64,000 bases of DNA, taken from positions 82,028,001-82,092,000 of the forward strand of contig NC_045696.1 in NCBI RefSeq assembly GCF_009834535.1, in the 5' to 3' direction. The notes beneath the pieces were generated by a model. That model was not told where the DNA came from. It saw only the letters and a list, made by a program, of their open reading frames with translations, and did no database searches. The stretch comes from Camelus ferus. Taxonomy: Eukaryota. Both the position numbers and the translations under genes were made by a program. This document shows positions 59,677-64,000 of the stretch, piece after piece (the stretch's first letter is position 1; the number at the start of each line of letters is the position of its first letter).

Positions 59677-62077
59677 GTTTGTGGATTTTACTTTAAGATA
59701 CTCTTTAACTTTGACTTTTACTGCTTGAAACAGGACATGGATTTTTATTCTACACAGATTTTCACTTGGAAGTATTTACTTTTATTTTTATATAATGCAT
59801 TATTTGACTAAAATAATGGGAAAGCTAACCAGACTCTTAATGGCCATATAATTAAAATAGCAAAATTGGTGTTAATTTTCATAATGTTATTTGATTTTTG
59901 AAGAAGTGTGGGTGGGAAAAGTTCCATTATATATGAAAGTAATTCAGAATTTTAGCATCAAAACAACCCATCTTTTCTTTTCTTAAGCAGACTTAATGAC
60001 TATTTTACTGAGTTTGCTTAAAAATTTAGAGCTTCTGAGTTGCTTGGTTGTAGACTTCATGTATTCTGATGTTTGATATCAGGGGGTATTACAGTTGTAT
60101 TAAGGATGTACTCTTTGATCAAGAGGTGATTAAATTTGTTCAGAGAGGAAATAGCACTAAATCTTCTCAATGTCAAAGAATCTTTTTCTATAGACTTAAA
60201 TAATGGATAGTCCATAAAAGTTAGAGTGGTACACAAAATGACTGCAGGAAAACAAATACAGATAAATGCAAAAATGGTATATTTTATCATTTATTGATTC
60301 TGATCATGGCTCTGTAATTGATAACAAATCAATTTAATTAAATAGCATTTAGTATAGTCAGGGCTCTGTAGTAGTGAATTAACGTCTGTGTCTGAGTAAT
60401 TATCCTCAATGTGTTAGTATATTTCATCTAAAGTTAATATATTCATTTTGCGGATATTTATTATGCATATACCGTGTGCCTGTACTTTGCTAACTAAGTA
60501 AAATAGCATGCTGGTAAGCAAAGTAGATGCTGACTTGGCTGGTAGTTTTCCTCATTCTTAACTAAGAGGAAGGCACCTCTGTCATGTTGGTAGTTTATGA
60601 ACTGTTGCAATGGATTTATCACTGTTTTACTTCTTATTTGAATAGCAGAGTATGATAGTAGTATAAATTTTGTTTTTTATTGCTAACTTATGTTGAATTC
60701 AATTTGATGGTTTTTTTCTATTTAAAAGAATGTTAAACATGAAGAATTTCATACATACAGTTAGAACTGTAAAAGGAATCCCCACTCACCCAGACTCAAC
60801 ATTATTACCCAGTTTCAGACCTTATTTTGCCATACTAAGCTTCATCCATCCCTTTTGTTTTTCTCCCTCCATTCCTCTCTTCTCACTTTCCTCCCTCTTT
60901 GTTGCTTTTTCTTTCCCTTTTCTTCCCTTCTTCCTATTAAAAAAAAAAAAAGTAGTTCTTGTTGTACGTGCTTCAGTGTGCATCTTTAAAAAGTATACTT
61001 TTTTATATAACTACAATGCTGTGTCATGTAAAATAAAATTAACAGTTCTTTGGTGTCATCTAGTACCTGGGCCATATTCAGATTTCCTTAGTTGTATAAT
61101 TGTGTAAATGTCCTTTTATAGTTATTTTTCAAATTAAGATCCAAACAGTGTCTACATTTTGCCTTTTGTTGTTATGAATTTAATTTCATTTAATTCCTGA
61201 ATACTTGCTTTTAGTTATGCATACTGTTTATCTGAGAAAAAATTTCATTTGAAATGAAGAGTTGTAAAGATGAATGTGCATGGATTTTTTTTCTTACCTA
61301 TGTCTACAGTAAGTGTAAAGTGAAAGTTTTCTAGGCTAAAAAGCATATATAATATATGTGCACACATTGGAGAAAAATGGAAAACTGCCTAGGAAGCATC
61401 TCAGCATATTTAATGATGCTCGTGGTTTATAATATAATAGACACATACATGTGCTGGACTGTGCTAGAACCAAGAGAAACTTTTGATCTAGTAGGAATTA
61501 GTCTCCACAAGAGAGATAACTAAGGAGCAGCATATGGTAAGTTTTAAATGAATTATATAGACAGTAAGAACTTGGCATCTTAAAACTGGTTGAGAGTATT
61601 GCTAGTTTAGTTTTCTGTGGAGATGGGATTTGACCTGGGTCTTGGATGGTAAAGCATAGATTTAAGATAACAAACAAGAAGAACCTTTCAGGTTAGCATG
61701 TGCTGAATAAATGCACAAAGGATGTGCAAGTGCTAGGTAGCTTCAGGAGGGGGCAGTGAAGAGTAGAAAGTTGGGTCAGAGAAGTAGTGGAAAGTCAGAG
61801 CAGAGTCAGATTCTAGATTACTTTGATACTCAACTAAGTTATCTTGCTGTCATGAAGATGGTTACTGAAGATTTCTAGGCAGGTGATATGGACAAGAGTG
61901 TTTTTGGAAACACTGCTGGTCATCTGTAGGATGAATGTAGAGGTTTGGCATACAACTGATTCTTGTAGTGATGGTGAGAAGAGGAAGGAAAGAATTGAAT
62001 GAAGACAAGGCAGAGGGTAGTTTAAAAGGATAAGATACCAGAGGTAAGGAAAAGGAAGATTTAAAGATGATTAATCT

Positions 62078-62335
62078 ATGCAACGAGTAGTAAATAAACC
62101 ATAGAGATCGAATGCACAGTATAATGAATATAGACAACAATATTGTACTACAATCATCAAGCTTGCCAAGAGACAGAAACTTAATTATCCCCATGACTAA
62201 AATGAAAGGATAAAAATGTAATAGGAAGTGCTCAATATTGCTACAAAAGCAGTCATTATATATAAATGTATCAAATTAACACAGTGTACACCTTAAATTT
62301 ACACACTGTTATATGTTAAATTATACTTAGTTGTA
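62078..62335 (+). mobile_element. L1MA-type 3' end inserted next to an L2 remnant
   Basis: taaatgtatcaaattaacacagtgtacaccttaaatttacac. Confidence 0.7.
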
Positions 62336-62797
62336 AAAGTGATTGTTTCATAGTAGAGATATGTTTATAGAAAATGTGTCAAATTTTAAAATACTTCATA
62401 ATTTAATTTCCCAAGGAAATTTTATAAAGTGTTTCTTTTACTGTATACTTCATTGTTTACTGGAGATACTGTAGAGTGAAATGGTGAGGTCACTTATTTA
62501 GTGGCTTTGGTTTTAGTAGTATATACAGTTTAATTTGGTATGAAAACTTAATATGAGGATTATTCTTTTTTTTAAAGGATAAGCTATGCCTCTGTTTGTA
62601 CTAGTTCTATAACCAGAATCTCCAGCCAGTAGTTTGTGATTTACCGAAATGTCATATGTCTTCCCTGGTAAATCATCACACTGATCATGGTTTCTATCTT
62701 ATTGCCTCTTTCTTTGCTGCTGATCTTCAGGTGTCCTCACGTCTTCAGAAAAATTAAAAAGTAACTCCTCCTTGCACAAAAAATTGGGGATCTCTAT

Positions 62798-63198
62798 TGG
62801 TTAGGGTATATGTTTGGCTGTTCCATTAGAGACCCAGAATAATATCTGATTAAATAAGAAAGTTTAATTTTCTCTGATGTAGCCCAAAGGTAAGCAGTCC
62901 AGGGCTCCATTGTGTTGGGCACCTAAGTTCCCAGTGTCTCTTGGCTCTGCCATCCCTAGAATGTTGCTCTTTCCAAGATAGCTAATCTTCATGATCACGG
63001 TCTCATCAGTGAGAAGGGGGAAAGGGCACCTGGAATTTGCAGGCATTTTCATTCACATGTCATTGGTCAGAAATTGGCCACATGTAGGGCAGAAACTGCT
63101 TTTTATTCTCAGTGGCCGTATTCCTAGCTAAAAATTAGGACTTTGTTACTACGGAAATGAAGAATGGATTTTAGAGAATTACCAGCTATCTCTGCCAT
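62798..63198 (-). mobile_element. Old MLT1 (MLT1J-like) LTR
   Basis: ggtaagcagtccagggctc...cattggtcagaa...tctctgccata. Confidence 0.55.
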
Positions 63199-64000
63199 AG
63201 AATCCCATCTTTATTAGCTAATGCAACAGTGTTTAAAAACTTACTTGGCTTTGTAATTTTTTATTCACAAATGTGAAAAAGTAGCCTTGGTAACATTACC
63301 AGATTTGTTAAAATTCTGACCAAACATTAGAACTGGGTTTTTTTTTTTTTAATCTGTTAATGTTCCTCTCTTCTTTATGAGAAATAAAACTGATGTTCTA
63401 TTTTTGTCAGGTTGTAAACCCTTAGACCATACCTGTTTGGAATCTCCCCTCTCTCACCAGCAAAAACATTTCCTTCTCCTTCATAAGGTATTCTAACCTA
63501 TTATCAAGTGTTGCATATTGTTATGTTAATTATAAAAACTTTTGAAATAAAGCTTTCAGTATAGTCTGGAAATGGAACAGCTTGAGGAATGGACTCTTTG
63601 GGACTGGATTGGTGGTGGTGGTGGTGAAGTGAGAGGTTCTGTCTCCAGTACAGGCTTTTCCAGGTTGGATCTGGTTACAGGCATGACAAAGTGAAAACAA
63701 TACTCCTTGAAGTTATGACACTAGGTCCAAGGAATGTGTTGTGGAGCACAGGTGTGTGAAAGCTGTCTCTAGGTCATTGGAAGGAGCAATTTTTATTTTA
63801 CTTGTTTTGAGACTCTTCCTCATCGCTACTGAATAGCTGAGTTTTGCTTATGAAGGTAGTCCTGAGAATTTTCTTAAGATGATCACTTGCTAGTTTATGA
63901 TTTGATCAGTCATGACAGTGTATTTGGATGTCCCTTGGAACTTCCAGTATTTAATAGTATATTTTTCGGTTGTTCTCACTACCTTCACTTGATTTAGCAC

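Noticed and set aside
63560..64000. Minus-strand stretch with protein-like fragments (e.g. KTQLFSSDEEESQNK, PLTSPPPPPIQ); possible processed pseudogene or next PHC3 exon
   Set aside because: Interrupted by stops, not matching the expected FCS-finger exon, and I cannot identify a parent. BLASTX or RepeatMasker would decide.

Overview
Mammalian genomic DNA, most likely camelid. The evidence is two tRNA-Ala-derived Vic-1-type SINEs and cetartiodactyl-type L1 3' ends; I saw no Alu, B1, BovB or PRE-1. The window holds about 10 kb of repeat-rich upstream sequence: a decayed ERVL internal segment between inverted MaLR LTR ends, three further solo LTRs and DNA transposons. Then come a CpG-island promoter and the first 11 coding exons of PHC3 (polyhomeotic homolog 3, canonical PRC1 subunit) on the + strand. 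I assembled the exons by hand with GT-AG junctions: 2356 nt, 785 codons plus 1 nt, open throughout, including homology domain HD1. I did not find the FCS zinc-finger and SAM exons, so the gene runs off the right edge. Most ORFs in the supplied track are chance ORFs in repeats or introns. I found no clearly novel multi-gene system. The most interesting signals are post-transcriptional: (1) a two-ATG, two-donor frame switch in exon 1; (2) candidate poison exons; (3) exon junctions that regenerate 5' splice sites; (4) an exon 5-6/5-7 circRNA module bracketed by inverted MLT1 LTRs. These are hypotheses from sequence alone. Repeat subfamily names and orthologue comparisons are from memory and need RepeatMasker, Dfam or BLAST confirmation.
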